A DNA stretch of 64,000 bases, taken from NCBI RefSeq assembly GCF_964188315.1, contig NC_135662.1:57784001-57848000 (forward strand). The letters run 5' to 3'. Positions 47,601 to 59,001 of the stretch are shown here, piece by piece (within the stretch, counting starts at the first letter, position 1; every line of letters begins with the position of its first letter). This stretch comes from Podarcis muralis (Eukaryota). Both the position numbers and the translations under genes were made by a program. Under the pieces are notes generated by a model that did not search any database, was not told the origin of the DNA, and worked only from the letters and a program-made list of their open reading frames with translations.

Positions 47601-50600
47601 TGTAGAGCTGCCAGGAATATGTAAACCGGCCTTGCCCAGTCTTGTGCCTCTAGATTTTTTGGACTACATATCCCATCGGATGCAGCCAGCATGGTGGGAT
47701 ATGTAGGCCAAAGCATCTAAGGGCACCAGGTTGGAGGAGGCTGATTTAAGCACGCCAGGCTAGAAATACATAACTGATTTTAACCCCAGTAGGATCTGAA
47801 TCTTCACAGCTACTCCTTTTGCATACAAACAGTTAAATCTCAAGAGACAAATCTCAGGTTCATTACACTTCCTTGTGCTGCTTGTGCATTTGATTCCATA
47901 ACTATATTTTTGCACAACCCTATGCGTGTTTGCATTGCATTGCAGCCATAATGTTATGAAGCAAGGCCAGTTGTTGTTGCTTTTTACAGTAATTAAATAA
48001 GTTATTAAATAAGTTAAGAAGACCACTATAGGATCATTGTATAGTAAACAGCTTATCTGTTACAGTATGTTGCTTTATGTTCCATTACACATTCCGCTTT
48101 CTCATTTAGGTACAGCCCAGATGTGGTATTTCTACAGGAGGTTATTCCTCCAGTTTTATCCTATCTGCAGAAGAGAGCCGTCAGTTACACAATTATTCCA
48201 GGTAAAATGAAGTTACAGTAATTGCTATACATTTTTAGTGGGGTAGCTGTGTTAGTCTGCTGCAGCAAGAACAATCAGGAGTCTTGTGGAACCTTAAAGA
48301 TCTATTTATTATGGTATAAGCCTTCATGGACCACTTGATTGCAAAAACAGTAAAAACCTCGGTAGTTTATTGTCATATTTCAAACAGTGAAAATCCGGAC
48401 AGCTTTTTTTAGTTTTGCCCAAAGATGTTGAGCTTTTTTGGCAAATTTGGGGGGGGAAAGAAAGTAGTTTTTGAGCTATTTTTAAGGGAAATCACATAAA
48501 CAACACTGCTGACATGGGTTGTCATATGTCCAGAATTTCCCAGACATTTCCCACGATTTCCCCCTGGACACTGCTTCTGACTGCACTATTCTGGATATGT
48601 CCTGGAAATTCCAGATATATGGCAACTTTAGATTTATATAACATAAACATAACATAAACCACGGAGTTGTATTCCTGAAAGTTGTTCCATCATTTCCAGG
48701 ATGTCTGCTGCGCAACAGGATTTCCTCCCTCCCCCCCCCCCCCAATGCCCCATCAAATCTTCTCTGAAGGGTTGGGGGAACCCTGAGAATAGATAAGGTG
48801 GGCAGGGAGAGGGTGTCTAGTCACACAGGTGATAATCCATGCACTAAGGATGACTTTGTTGGATACAACCCATACTTTAGTAGTCTGAACAAGGTCACTG
48901 TCTTTTATTATATGGAATTTCTGAAGGAGACAACATTGTTGTTGACCATTCCTTTTTCTGTGTTTCTCTCTTGAGGTAATACTGATGGTTATTTTACGGC
49001 CATAATGTTAAAAAAATCAAGAGTCAGAGTTTTAAAAGAAGAAATAACACCTTTCCCTACCACCTCCATGATGAGAAATTTATTGGCAGTACATGTAAGT
49101 GAGTTCTTGCACACCTAGTTCATGGGCATTTTGTTGTTGTTGTTCTAAAGGACCTCCATACATACTGCCCAGGAGAGGTCACTTTGGTGCTAATGCAGCA
49201 AAAACAACATGGGAGGCAGTAGTTACGAGTTACTGTTCTCTGCAGCCACAGCAGGCGCTGTGATTCTCCAGTGGTTTGACTTCACTCCTGGAAGTGCAGT
49301 CCATTGTCTCTTGAGACAGACGGATGCCAACAACTGCATAAATGCACCAGAAGCAAAGTAGCCTAAAGTCAACAAAGAAGTGCACTCTTCCCTCAGCCCA
49401 TCATCTTAAAATGCCTCTATTGTGGATTAAAATTTGGCCCTGAGAAAGCTATTAACTAAAACGTTAGTTGATTGTTAACTGTTGATTAAAGAAGTTATAG
49501 CCGCAGCCCTACCTGTTTGTTATCATGTTAGTCACAACAGTGGCCTAGGCTAGGCACTGTACAGAAGAAACCAGAATTGGCAAGATCTATACAAGGGTCC
49601 TTGTCATCTAGGAAAAGCTCCACCTTTATGTTGTCCAAATATGGAGGACAATATACGGGAGAATTACAGTGGTACCCCGCAAGACGAACGCCTCGCGAGA
49701 CGAAAAACTCGCAAAACGAAAGGTTTTTTCGTTTTCGAGTTGCCTCGCAAGACGAATTTCCCTATGGGCTTGCTTCGCAAAACGAAGCTTGCCCAGGGGA
49801 CAGCGGGTCTTCTCTTTTGAAGCAAGGGGCGGCGGGGAGAAGCGATCTTCTCCCCGCCGCCCCAGGTCCGGGGACAGCGGGAAGCGCTTCCCGCTGCCCC
49901 CGGACCTCTTTTGAAGCAAGGGGCTGCGGGGAGATCGCTTCTCCCCACCGCCCCTTGCTTCAAAAGAGGTCCGGGGACAGCGGGAAGCACTTCCCGCTGC
50001 CCCCGGACCTCTTTTGAAGCAAGGGGCTGCGGGGAGATCGCTTCTCCCGGTGCTCCGAAGCCGGGCGGGGGGGAGGGAACACCTGCCCCCACCGCCCGGC
50101 TTCGGAACGCTGCTCCGAAGCGGGGCGGGGGGGCGGGAACACCTGCCCCAGCCGCCCCGCTTCGGAACGCTGCTCCGAAGCGGGGCGGGGGGGCGGGAAC
50201 ACCTGCCCCAGCCGCCCCGCTTCGGAACGCTGCCCCGAAGCGGGGCGGGGGGGCGGGAACACCTGCCCCAGCCGCCCCGCTTCGGAACGCTGCTCCGAAG
50301 CGGGGCGGGGGGGCGGGAACACCTGCCCCAGCCGCCCCGCTTCGGAACGCTGCCCCGAAGCGGGGCGGGGGGGCGGGAACACCTGCCCCAGCCGCCCCGC
50401 TTCGGAACGCTGCTCCGAAGCAGGGCGGGGGGGCGGGAACCTCTCACCCCGCCGCCGGGCATCGGAACGAGGTCCTGGACCTCTTCTGAAGGCAGGCGGG
50501 GGCAAAAGTCTTTGCTCCCCCCGCCTGCCTTCCCGGGACAGTGGAGACTTCTCCGCTGCCCCGGGCGATCTTAAAATGCTGGCGGGCGGGAGCGAAGCGT

Positions 50601-52188
50601 TCGCTGCCGACCCCCAGCATTTTAAAATCTCCTCGGGGCAGCGGAGACTTCGCTCCCGCCCGCCAGCATTTTAAAATCGCCCCGGGACAGCAGGGGCTTT
50701 TAAAATGCTGGCGGTCGGCAGCAAAGCCCTCCTGTCCCCGGAGCTTGTGGGGCGGGAGGTGGGAAGAAGGGCTTTTCTTCCCACCGCCAGCCTTCAGAAC
50801 AGCCTTCTGAAGGCTGGCAGTGGGAAGAAAAGCCCTTGTCCCGCCCCCCCAGCCTTCAGAAGAGGTCGGGGGACAGACTGTCCCCAGACCTGGTCTGAAG
50901 GCGGTTTCCCTAGGAACGCATTAATTGATTTTCAATGCATTCCTATGGGAAACCGTGCATCGCAAGACGAAAAAACCGCAAGACGAAGAGACTTGCGGAA
51001 CGAATTAATTTCGTCTTGCAAGGCACCACTGTAACTGTTATTGTAAAGAAAGGTCTAGCTGCACTTAGCCCCGTGCAGAAAATGTAGTTTTATGCATCTT
51101 GTTCTTTCATGAGAAATTGCTGTAAAGACTGGTGAAATCCTACTGCTGTAGTAGACCGTCACATGCAGAAAATGTCGCTTTATGCTTTATCTCTCGCTCT
51201 TCTTCATAGGCAACCATATCTGGCAATGACCTCTGCCTTATGACTTCGCATCTGGAGAGCACTAAGGGGCATAGCGAAGAACGCTTGAATCAGTTGAAAC
51301 GGGTGCTTGCCAAAATGACGGAGGTTCCAGAGTCCACTACTGTGATTTTTGGAGGAGATACAAATCTCAGAGACAAAGAGGTGAACTCGAGCAAAACTCC
51401 TTAGTTGTGTTGTGTTTATTTGTAACTCCTTTCCTCATCTCCTAAAAATAACTGTTGCTTTCCCCACATATCACTTACGTGGGCTTTCCCCACCGCTGGT
51501 GACACAATTCCCCTTTGCCTATATATATTTTTAAACACAGGTTTTATTAAGGATTTTCAAGAACATGCATACAGAAAAGAAGAAAACAAATAATTCAGCA
51601 ATAATCAGCAGTTGTCTTGCAAAATATTGACAACAAAGTAGACCTGACTAGCAGTAAGGAGCATAAAACTACACAAGATATCACAGTTCCCTTGTACCAA
51701 GTGATTAAACAAAGCCAGGGTAGCTATTTCTGAATTAGAACAGTGTTGCTAAGGAGCAGTGATGGTGCTTCACAACAAAATTGGTGGCTCTCCCAATGAA
51801 CCGTATAAGAAGTGACAAAATCAATCAATAGCTCATTTTTGAAAGCTGATTATTGGCAGTATATTTATAGTGCACTATTAACGCTTTCTACTTTTCTCCA
51901 CATCAGGTTGCTAAGCTTGGTGGTTTGCCTGACAACATTCTGGATGTTTGGGAATTCTTGGGCAAGCCAGAACATTGCCGCTACACGTGGGATACAAGCC
52001 AAAACACTAACTTGGATGCACGTTACAAGTGCAGATTGCGGTTTGATCGCCTCTTCCTCAGAGCTGCTTCTGCTGGCGGACAAATTGTTCCTAAGAGTTT
52101 GGATTTAATTGGGCTGGAAAAACTGGACTGTGGCAGATTTCCTAGCGATCACTGGGGTCTGCTTTGCAATTTTGATGTGGTACTATAA
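44664..52188 (+). CDS. TDP2: Tyrosyl-DNA phosphodiesterase 2, 376 aa
   Basis: join(44664..44870,44982..45067,47268..47441,48110..48201,48976..49094,51210..51380,51907..52188). UBA-like N-domain (CYLAENDWDMQRALNSYF) and EEP catalytic motifs WNIDG, LQEV, SHLES, GDTNLRD, SDHWG. AATAAA at 52511-52516. Confidence 0.97.
45336..45637. mobile_element. About 80-bp palindromic mariner-type MITE split by a Tigger-like MITE (45377-45596)
   Basis: Outer TA-CAGGGTGAGTC...GACTCACCCTG-TA; inner TA-CAGTGGTA...TACCACTG-TA. Confidence 0.82.
46279..46634 (+). mobile_element. Sauria SINE
   Basis: Typical head and body, (ACCTTT)n tail, 13-bp TSD TAAGACTGG(C/A)AGA; in TDP2 intron 2. Confidence 0.88.
49667..51031. 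mobile_element. Tigger-like non-autonomous element, 1365 bp (same termini as 6355 MITE) with GC-rich internal repeats
   Basis: TA TSD; TIR CAGTGGTACCCCGCAAGACG / CGTCTTGCAAGGCACCACTG; in TDP2 intron 5. Confidence 0.88.
50052..50460 (+). repeat. 60-bp GC-rich minisatellite, about 7 units
   Basis: Units starting at 50101, 50161, 50221, 50281 and 50341 differ only at one T/C position; diverged flanking units. Confidence 0.95.
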
Positions 52189-53499
52189 GGGGGGGGGGAA
52201 TGACTTCCACGCTGTGTATGAAAGACACTGTTATAACCTTTCCTGTCCCGTCCCCCCCACATCCTGCTGTATTTTAAACCAATTCTGGGATTGGTTCAAA
52301 TTTATACGCTTCAGTGGTAATACACTAATCCATGTGTTACTGGAATCCTTGCCCAGTGAAAGGGCGGGGAGAAGACTTTTAAATGTATACTCTTAAATTC
52401 ATTCCAGTTTATAGGTACTCCAGGATATATTTCCCTCCCAAGTTTCATTTCCTGTGCAAATTAGATAAATGAAAATGCTAGCCATATAATACTGTTTCAG
52501 TCTTCAGTTGAATAAAGAATAATTCAACACACCTTTACATAATCTTATATTGAACTCAATCAAGGTAGGCTTGAAGGATTTTTAAAATTTAAACCACTGT
52601 TTTCAGGTAGCCAAGTTGGAAAAATAGCCAACTGTTTTAAGGAGGGGGGGGAGTGGGGAGCAACCAACTTTATCTATGGGCTGGTAATCCTAAAACAATT
52701 GTTACATTGCTGAAGTGTCATATCATTTCCTGTCTGTGAAGAAGGGGGATGTTTTTTCAGGATGAGCAAGGCTTGAGTTAGAGATCGGCATTATGGGTAC
52801 TCTGTGATTCCCATGCACCAGTTAGGGTGCCCAAACCTTGGAGCCTTCTGATGCTGATTCCCATCAACCTTTCTAAATTAGCAGGCAGTGAGAGGAGGTA
52901 TCTCCCCTACATAGCTCATCCTCTCCCTTTGGGAGGCAGTATGGCTTAGGCCCAAAGAGAGAGACCACTGAATCAGCAGTAGTGAAAAGGACAAGGTGGA
53001 ATCCAATAGAGACATACTGTACTGGCAAAAAAGCTAGGACTGGCGCTGATGGTAATGACTCTTAAAACTCAGCAATCCTAAAATAGATCTGATCATGTAA
53101 TCAAACCAGGTAACAAAGGAATTGCCTCCTTACCAACGTATTTTCTCCTGGAGCCCACAAAAGATAAGGTAGTGATCATCGATTGTTTTGAAGCCCCAGC
53201 GGCAAGGTATGATTGCCCATGGGTAGGTAATTTGCAGTATTCCCTCTACGCGCTTGCAGTTGCCCTATGTCACTGTGTGCTTGCAGGGAATTCTGAATTC
53301 CTCCCACTTCTGCATGTCGAAAATAGTCCTGCTACTGGATCTGTAGGCAGGATGTGATGACTGCAGAGTTGCTTATCTCAGCATGAAAGAGAGATGAGTC
53401 TCTCCGCAGGGCTGTCATGCAGAAGACTGTTGTCTCTTTGTCCAGGAGGCAGAAGCAGGACCTGGTAAGGAGGCAGATTTCATAGGAACATCGGAAGCT

Positions 53500-53905
53500 T
53501 GTTGTTTAGTCATGTCCGACTCTTTGTGACCCCATGGACCAGAGCATGCCAGGCACTCCTGTCTTCCATTGCCTCCCGCAGTTTGGTCAAAGTCATGTTC
53601 GTAGCTTCGAGAACACTGTCCAACCATCTCATCCTCTGCCGTCCCCTTCTCCTTGTGCCCTCCATCTTTCACAGCATCAGGGTCTTTTCCAGGGAGTCTT
53701 CTCTTCTCATGAGGTGGCCAAAGTCTTGGAGCCTCAGCTTCAGGATCTGTCCTTCCAGTGAGCACCCAGGGCTGATTTCCTTAAGAATGGAGAGGTTTGA
53801 TCTTCTTCCAGTCCATGGGACTCTCAAGAGTCTCCTCCAGCACCATAATTCAAAAGCATCAGCCTTCTTTATGGTCCAGCTCTCACTTCCATACATCACT
53901 ACTGG
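53500..53905 (-). mobile_element. Bov-B (RTE) LINE 3' fragment
   Basis: Translation MYGSESWTIKKAD-AFELWCWRRLLRVPWT.RRSNLSILKEISPGCSLEG..KTLML; 3' tail ACTAAACAAC; 12-bp TSD ACATCGGAAGCT. Confidence 0.92.
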
Positions 53906-54137
53906 GAAGCTACCTTATACACTACATCGGAAGCTACCTTACACTAAATCAGACCATTGTTCAGTCTAGCTCAATATTATCTACACCAGAACCTTTGGAT
54001 ATTGCTGAACTACAACTCCCATAATTCCTAGTCATTAGCCATGCTTGCTGGAGCTGATGGGAGCTGTAAGTTCAGACTGGCAGTGTTTCTCCAAGGTGTT
54101 TAGGATTTGCATGCAAAGCAAATGCTCTGCTACTGAG

Positions 54138-54345
54138 CTAGGAGAAACTTCCTAATTATGAGAGCTGTTTGATAGTGGAGCTGGCCATCTCAGGAGGTTG
54201 TGGTGGAGCCTCCTTTGATGGGTGTATTTAAACAGAGGCTGGCCAGCCCTCCATTGAGGATGATGTAGTTGCAGATTCCTGCACTGAGCAAAGCACTGAA
54301 CCTCCAAAGTTCCAACACACCATTCTAGGATTCTATTTATCTGAC
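54138..54345 (+). mobile_element. CR1 LINE 3' fragment
   Basis: AGGAGAAACTTCCTAA..GAGAGCTGTT..TTTAAACAGAGGCTGG..GATTCCTGCACTGAGC, the CR1 ORF2 end and UTR pattern. Confidence 0.6.
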
Positions 54346-54495
54346 AACTAAGCCAGTGGTGTGAACTGCCCAGAGGACTTTGGGCATCAACTAATGTGCT
54401 AAATAAATACAGTGTTTATTTTTACTTTTAGCTGTGAGTTCTCTGCAGCCAAGGTTGCTTCCACAATATCTCTGTTCTTTACAGATGACAAAATT

Positions 54496-54624
54496 CAGGC
54501 ATAAGCAAACTCCAGATGTTTTGGGACTACAACTCCAATCATCCCTAGCTAAGAGGACCAGTGGTCAGGGATGATGGGAATTGTAGTCCCAAAACATGGG
54601 GAGGGCCGAGTTTGCCTATGCCTG
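54496..54624. mobile_element. Palindromic hAT MITE (family of 16704/25661)
   Basis: CAGGCATAAGCAAACTC...GAGTTTGCCTATGCCTG with an internal hairpin. Confidence 0.75.
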
Positions 54625-54981
54625 ATATAATTCATTCACTTGGCTATTACATTCAGGCAGTGTTGCTGCCAAGATGTTGCATTTCATGTACACATTTGCA
54701 GCTTAAAACACAGTGAGGTTGTTCCCACTCTCCACTGTGCTTCAAGTGGCATTTGAGCACTGATGTACCTGCCAGGGATGTCTTTACCTGATGTGCGCTA
54801 CCTGTTTGGTTTCCCCACGCCTGCAGTCCTTCCCAAACTATTCCTGAAGCTGTCATCTGTGCAAGTGTGAAGGCTGTCTCAAATGGTAATAATAATAATA
54901 ATAATATAACCTGCTGGATCAGGCCAATGGCCCATCTAGTCCAGCATCCTGTTCTCACAGTGGCCACCCAGTGGATTGTGT

Positions 54982-55706
54982 CAGTGGCGTAGCGTGGGGG
55001 GTGCCAGGGGTGCCGGCCGCACCGGGCGCAACATCTGGGGGGGCGCGAGTCCAGAGGGCCCAGCCCCGTCGTGCCCTCGGCCCGCCCCTATTGTCAGAGC
55101 GGCCGGCCAGCCTCCGCCTGCTCCTACCTTGCCCACCCGAGGACTGCAGCAGCGCCCGCCCCCGTGGCCACCTACCCCCGCCTCGCCCATTGGCTTGCCT
55201 CCCTCGGCCCCGCCTCTCTCCGATGGCCGCGGGGGTGTCCTGCTCGGCGCCGGCGCCTTTTTTCAGGAGGTAGGGAGGCTGGACGGGGAGGTGGGGTCGG
55301 AAGCGGGCAGAGAAGGAGGGGAGCTCGTAGCCAAAAGGGCTGCGCCGGCCGGCAAAGGGCCGGGGAAAGTTTGGAGAGGAGAAACGCACCGTCATGATTT
55401 CCCGGTGGAAGCGGCAGGATTAGGGATGGCGAAGCGTAATTACGCACGAATTTCGCTGGGTGAGAGCTTCGGGGATTGATCGGCGGAAATGGGAATCAAT
55501 TGGAATATGAGAAAGAGAGAGAGGGAGGGACCATCATTCATAGGCATAGATTTGTAGGGTTAGGGGGCGCAAATCCACGGGTTAGGGGGCGCAAATTACT
55601 TGCCTTGCCCCGGGTTAGGGGGCACAAATTACTTGCCTTGCCCCGGGTTAGGGGGCGCAAATTACTTGCCTTGCCCCGGGTGCTGACAACCCACGCTACG
55701 CCGCTG
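54982..55706. mobile_element. Young hAT element, 725 bp (same family as 27012) with GC-rich cargo
   Basis: Same TIRs as the 27012 copy; perfect 8-bp TSD GATTGTGT. Confidence 0.9.
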
Positions 55707-56227
55707 GATTGTGTGAAACCAATAGGCAGGACCCAAGCACATGAGCACTCTCTCCTTTAGTATTCAGAGAATTACTGCCTCCAACCATGAAGGCAGAGCA
55801 CAGCCATGGTGGCAAGTAGTCATTGAATTTGCTCCATGAATTTCTTCAATCCTCTTTCAAAGTCACCCAAGACGGTAGCCATTGCTGCCCCCCCCCCCCC
55901 CATGGGAGTGACTTCCATAGTTCAGGCGCTGTCCAACACACTTCAGCTTAATCGCTGCTTATATCAAATTGGACATAAGCTTGCTTGAGGGAAAATGCCC
56001 CAAACAGGAACATTTCTCAATAAACTACAGGATCGTTAGGACTTGTGGCTAACATCAAACACCAGCAGTGGGAGTGCTCTGCTCCCGTGCTTCCTGCTTG
56101 ACCTTGCATGGTATGTGGTGATTTTCCTGACTTAAAACGAAATTTCAAAGTTGTGTCAGACTTTTCAGTGTTTTCTCTAAAGTATGCTTTTTAAAAAACA
56201 ACACCACCTTGCTCTTCTGCAGCTGGC

Positions 56228-56412
56228 CCGATGTCAAGGAATTAAACAACTACCTGACTTTTAGAAAACATCTGAAGGCAGCCACAGCCCTGTTTAGGGA
56301 AGTTTTTAATGTTTGATGTTTTAGCGTGTTTTTAATATTCTATGGGGAGCCGCCCAGAGTGACTGGGAAAACCCAGCCAGATGAGCGGGGTGTAAATCAT
56401 AAATTATTATCA
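56228..56412 (+). mobile_element. L2 3' end fragment
   Basis: GATGTCAAGGAA..ACATCTGAAGGCAGCC..CCCTGTTTAGGGAAG..GCCGCCCAGAGTGACTGGG, shared with the other L2 copies. Confidence 0.75.
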
Positions 56413-56439
56413 TTTTAGCCCCTTCTAAGGATACATGAG

Positions 56440-57500
56440 AGGCGAGTTGGGAGGAGCTCAAGCATCGCCCCCTGGTGGCGGGGTTGCGATCCAGCTCCAG
56501 ACCATGGATGGCGGATGCGCTTTAGTGGCTGGGAAGGAGGAAGGGAGACCGAGCGTTCGCTGCTGTGTCTGTTTTTTTGTTTTGCTTTGGACAAGAGCAT
56601 GAAAAAGACTTGCAGGCATCGATCGCCTAGGCTTTGCTAGCTTGGCCTAATAGTACGCACACCCACTTCCAATTTTTATTGCCCTTGGTTACAAAATAAT
56701 AATAATAATAATAAATCCTCCAACAGCTCCTGCTCCGTCCTGTAAATCTTCGGGAAGACAACGAGGAGGAGCAGATGGGGCACTGAAGGATGCAGCCGTA
56801 CCCTGCCGAAGCATCAGCTGCTGTCCCTGGCGCCGCCCGATCTCTCTCTCTTTCCTAGCCCCACCCCCTCCTCGCCTCGTCTCTAACCGCCAGGTAAGAA
56901 AATCCGAGCTCCCCGCCCGCTTCCATCGTAGGTCGGTGCTGGCGACTTTGTGTCGCATGCAAAGGGAAGCCCTCGCAAGCCGTTTCTGCTTCCAGTAAGT
57001 GGGGTGTGGTGGAAAAGGGGTGCGGGGTAGGTCCAGCAATCGCTGGAAGATGCATTTGCTTCGATTTCTCGGTTCTGCTCTGGCCCTGGGTTTTTGTCTT
57101 GCACACAGCCAGCCTCTGCTCCCAGCAAGGTGAGATCCCCGTAAGGGTTTTGCAAACGCAAAGGGGAAAGTCAAATATGTTTCATCTCTCTCTCTCTCTT
57201 TCCTCCCCCCCCCCCCCCCGCTTTCCCCCGCTGCAACAAAAACAAAAAACAGTGGTCGTCTCCAGGGGAAATGCATTTATTCCTTTTAGTGCCTAGCAGT
57301 TTTTGCAAAGAGGCTTTCTCTGCAGCTTCCTCGCCGTGACGGAGCGCTTGTGCATCCGTCACTGGGGGAAAAACCCTGAAGGTAGATATTGTCTGCCTTT
57401 TGCATTCATCTTGCAACAAGGAGTCAGATGCATGTCTGCCGGGCTATGTTTTCACATCGCTGTGTGTGGGAACCTCTCCCCCGCCTGCTGCTGAGCAACT
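56440..57500 (+). promoter_or_regulatory. KIAA0319: Putative KIAA0319 promoter / non-coding first exon(s)
   Basis: CpG-enriched region between TDP2 and the KIAA0319 ATG exon; plus-strand donors CAG|GTAAGA (after 56893) and AAG|GTGAGA (after 57129). Assignment rests on synteny. Confidence 0.6.
56466..56479 (-). promoter_or_regulatory. Strong CTCF motif
   Basis: Reverse complement GCCACCAGGGGGCG matches the canonical CTCF consensus. Confidence 0.7.
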
Positions 57501-58964
57501 AGACGAAGTTGATGGAAAGAGCAGCAATGGCTGGTTGCATCAAGTGATGGGGGACATCTCATAAGAATATATTCTGCAAGGTATAAAAGTGGCTTCTATA
57601 AAACAATCACTTGCATGTTCCAAGTTACTTACAACCTTTTGGCTAAGAGAAACCAGAGGCAAATGATTTTTGTTTGCTTGTATGGTATGTACTCATCCAA
57701 TTTTGCACTGAATGCTTCAAAATGTTTGTGAGAAGCACAGATCAGGGCGATAAGAATTCAGTACTGGTAATATCCCATTTAAAGATGAAACGGAATAGGA
57801 TTGGGAGACAAATATAGCGAAACATAATGTGCATGTTTACTTGGGACAGCTGCATGCACCGGTGACACTTAATGGATTGCTAGGACTAAATGGTTCCCAC
57901 GAGCAATATTTAATTTTTTATTTTGTTTTGCATTGCTCCTGTTTGAAATTGAAATGACAAAATAGACGTGCCTGGCGAAAATGTGTTTTAAATTTTAAAA
58001 TGGATCTTTTCCAGTGTCCATAACACACCCAACAGCTCTCGCAAGTGTTGCCCCCAGAAACTACAAAGCATTATTTTGCCTAAAGCAGGAGTTCCTATCC
58101 CTGCCGTCCGTACATATAGGTGGTCATGTTTATAAAGCAGGGAACATCTTCCTGTTAGCCTCCCAATGCCCCCTAAGCACCGGCAGGGACCATGGAATGC
58201 CTCACAGTTCCTTCTTCACTTAAAAATTAAAAAGGTAAAATTGCATGTTTTTCAGTCTACCAGACATCTGGTAACAGAGGGGGAATGTGCCATCCTTCCA
58301 ACATCACTAGGTCCATCTAGGCCCAATAGCCAGCCTACAAATTTGGCAGGAGCATACCAAAAAAGTAGGGGGGCAGTTTATTCTTATGTACACATTAATG
58401 TTTTACTTGTATTAATGAAGGCTATATTAACAATGATCATGATCATAATGTGCAGGCCCTGCAGCCGTGTCAGGCCAGGCTGGAGGTGAACTATTTCTAG
58501 GTGTGCCAGAACGCAAAAGGAAGATGTCCTGCTGACCTGACCTTCATTCTTCACCTCATTGTTCTTCACTGCCTTCCTTGGCAGTCTGTTTTACTGTTGA
58601 ACAGCAAATGTTCTTCCTGATGTGGTTTGCAGGCTCCTTCTCATCCAGGCACTGACTAGGCCCAAACCTGCTTAGCTTCAGCAAAGATTGTTGCATCAAT
58701 GTGCCTTCAAACCACACCCTTGGTCTAGATTTTGTTGTGGTCCAGCATTGCTTAGGGTGAAATAAGCATAAATCTCCTTTAGATCAATGGAGTTAAGGGG
58801 TAATTAAGCTTTCCCTGAATACAGAGATCTTTAAACCCCAGGAGTAGCTTTATAAGCTCTGGCTATTTTATATTGACAACTGTTAAGTGCTTTTCTCAAG
58901 AAGAGACATGTGTAGCACGGTCATTAAGAGAGAATTATCTTCGTGGCTTGGCAATTTCAAGTTG

Positions 58965-58968
<4 letters not shown>

Positions 58969-58996
<28 letters not shown>
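58969..58996 (+). repeat. (CA)14 microsatellite
   Basis: Direct reading. Confidence 0.95.

Positions 58997-59001
<5 letters not shown>

Noticed and set aside
49577-50574. 142-278-aa repetitive ORFs, or a CRISPR-like array
   Set aside because: Products of the 60-bp minisatellite inside a MITE; no spacers.
54955-55479. Transposase or captured coding exon in the hAT cargo
   Set aside because: No hAT transposase motifs or recognisable host protein in any frame.
56495-57275. REST/RE1 or RFX X-box sites at the KIAA0319 promoter
   Set aside because: Best candidates (near 56500 and 57255) have three or more mismatches to consensus.
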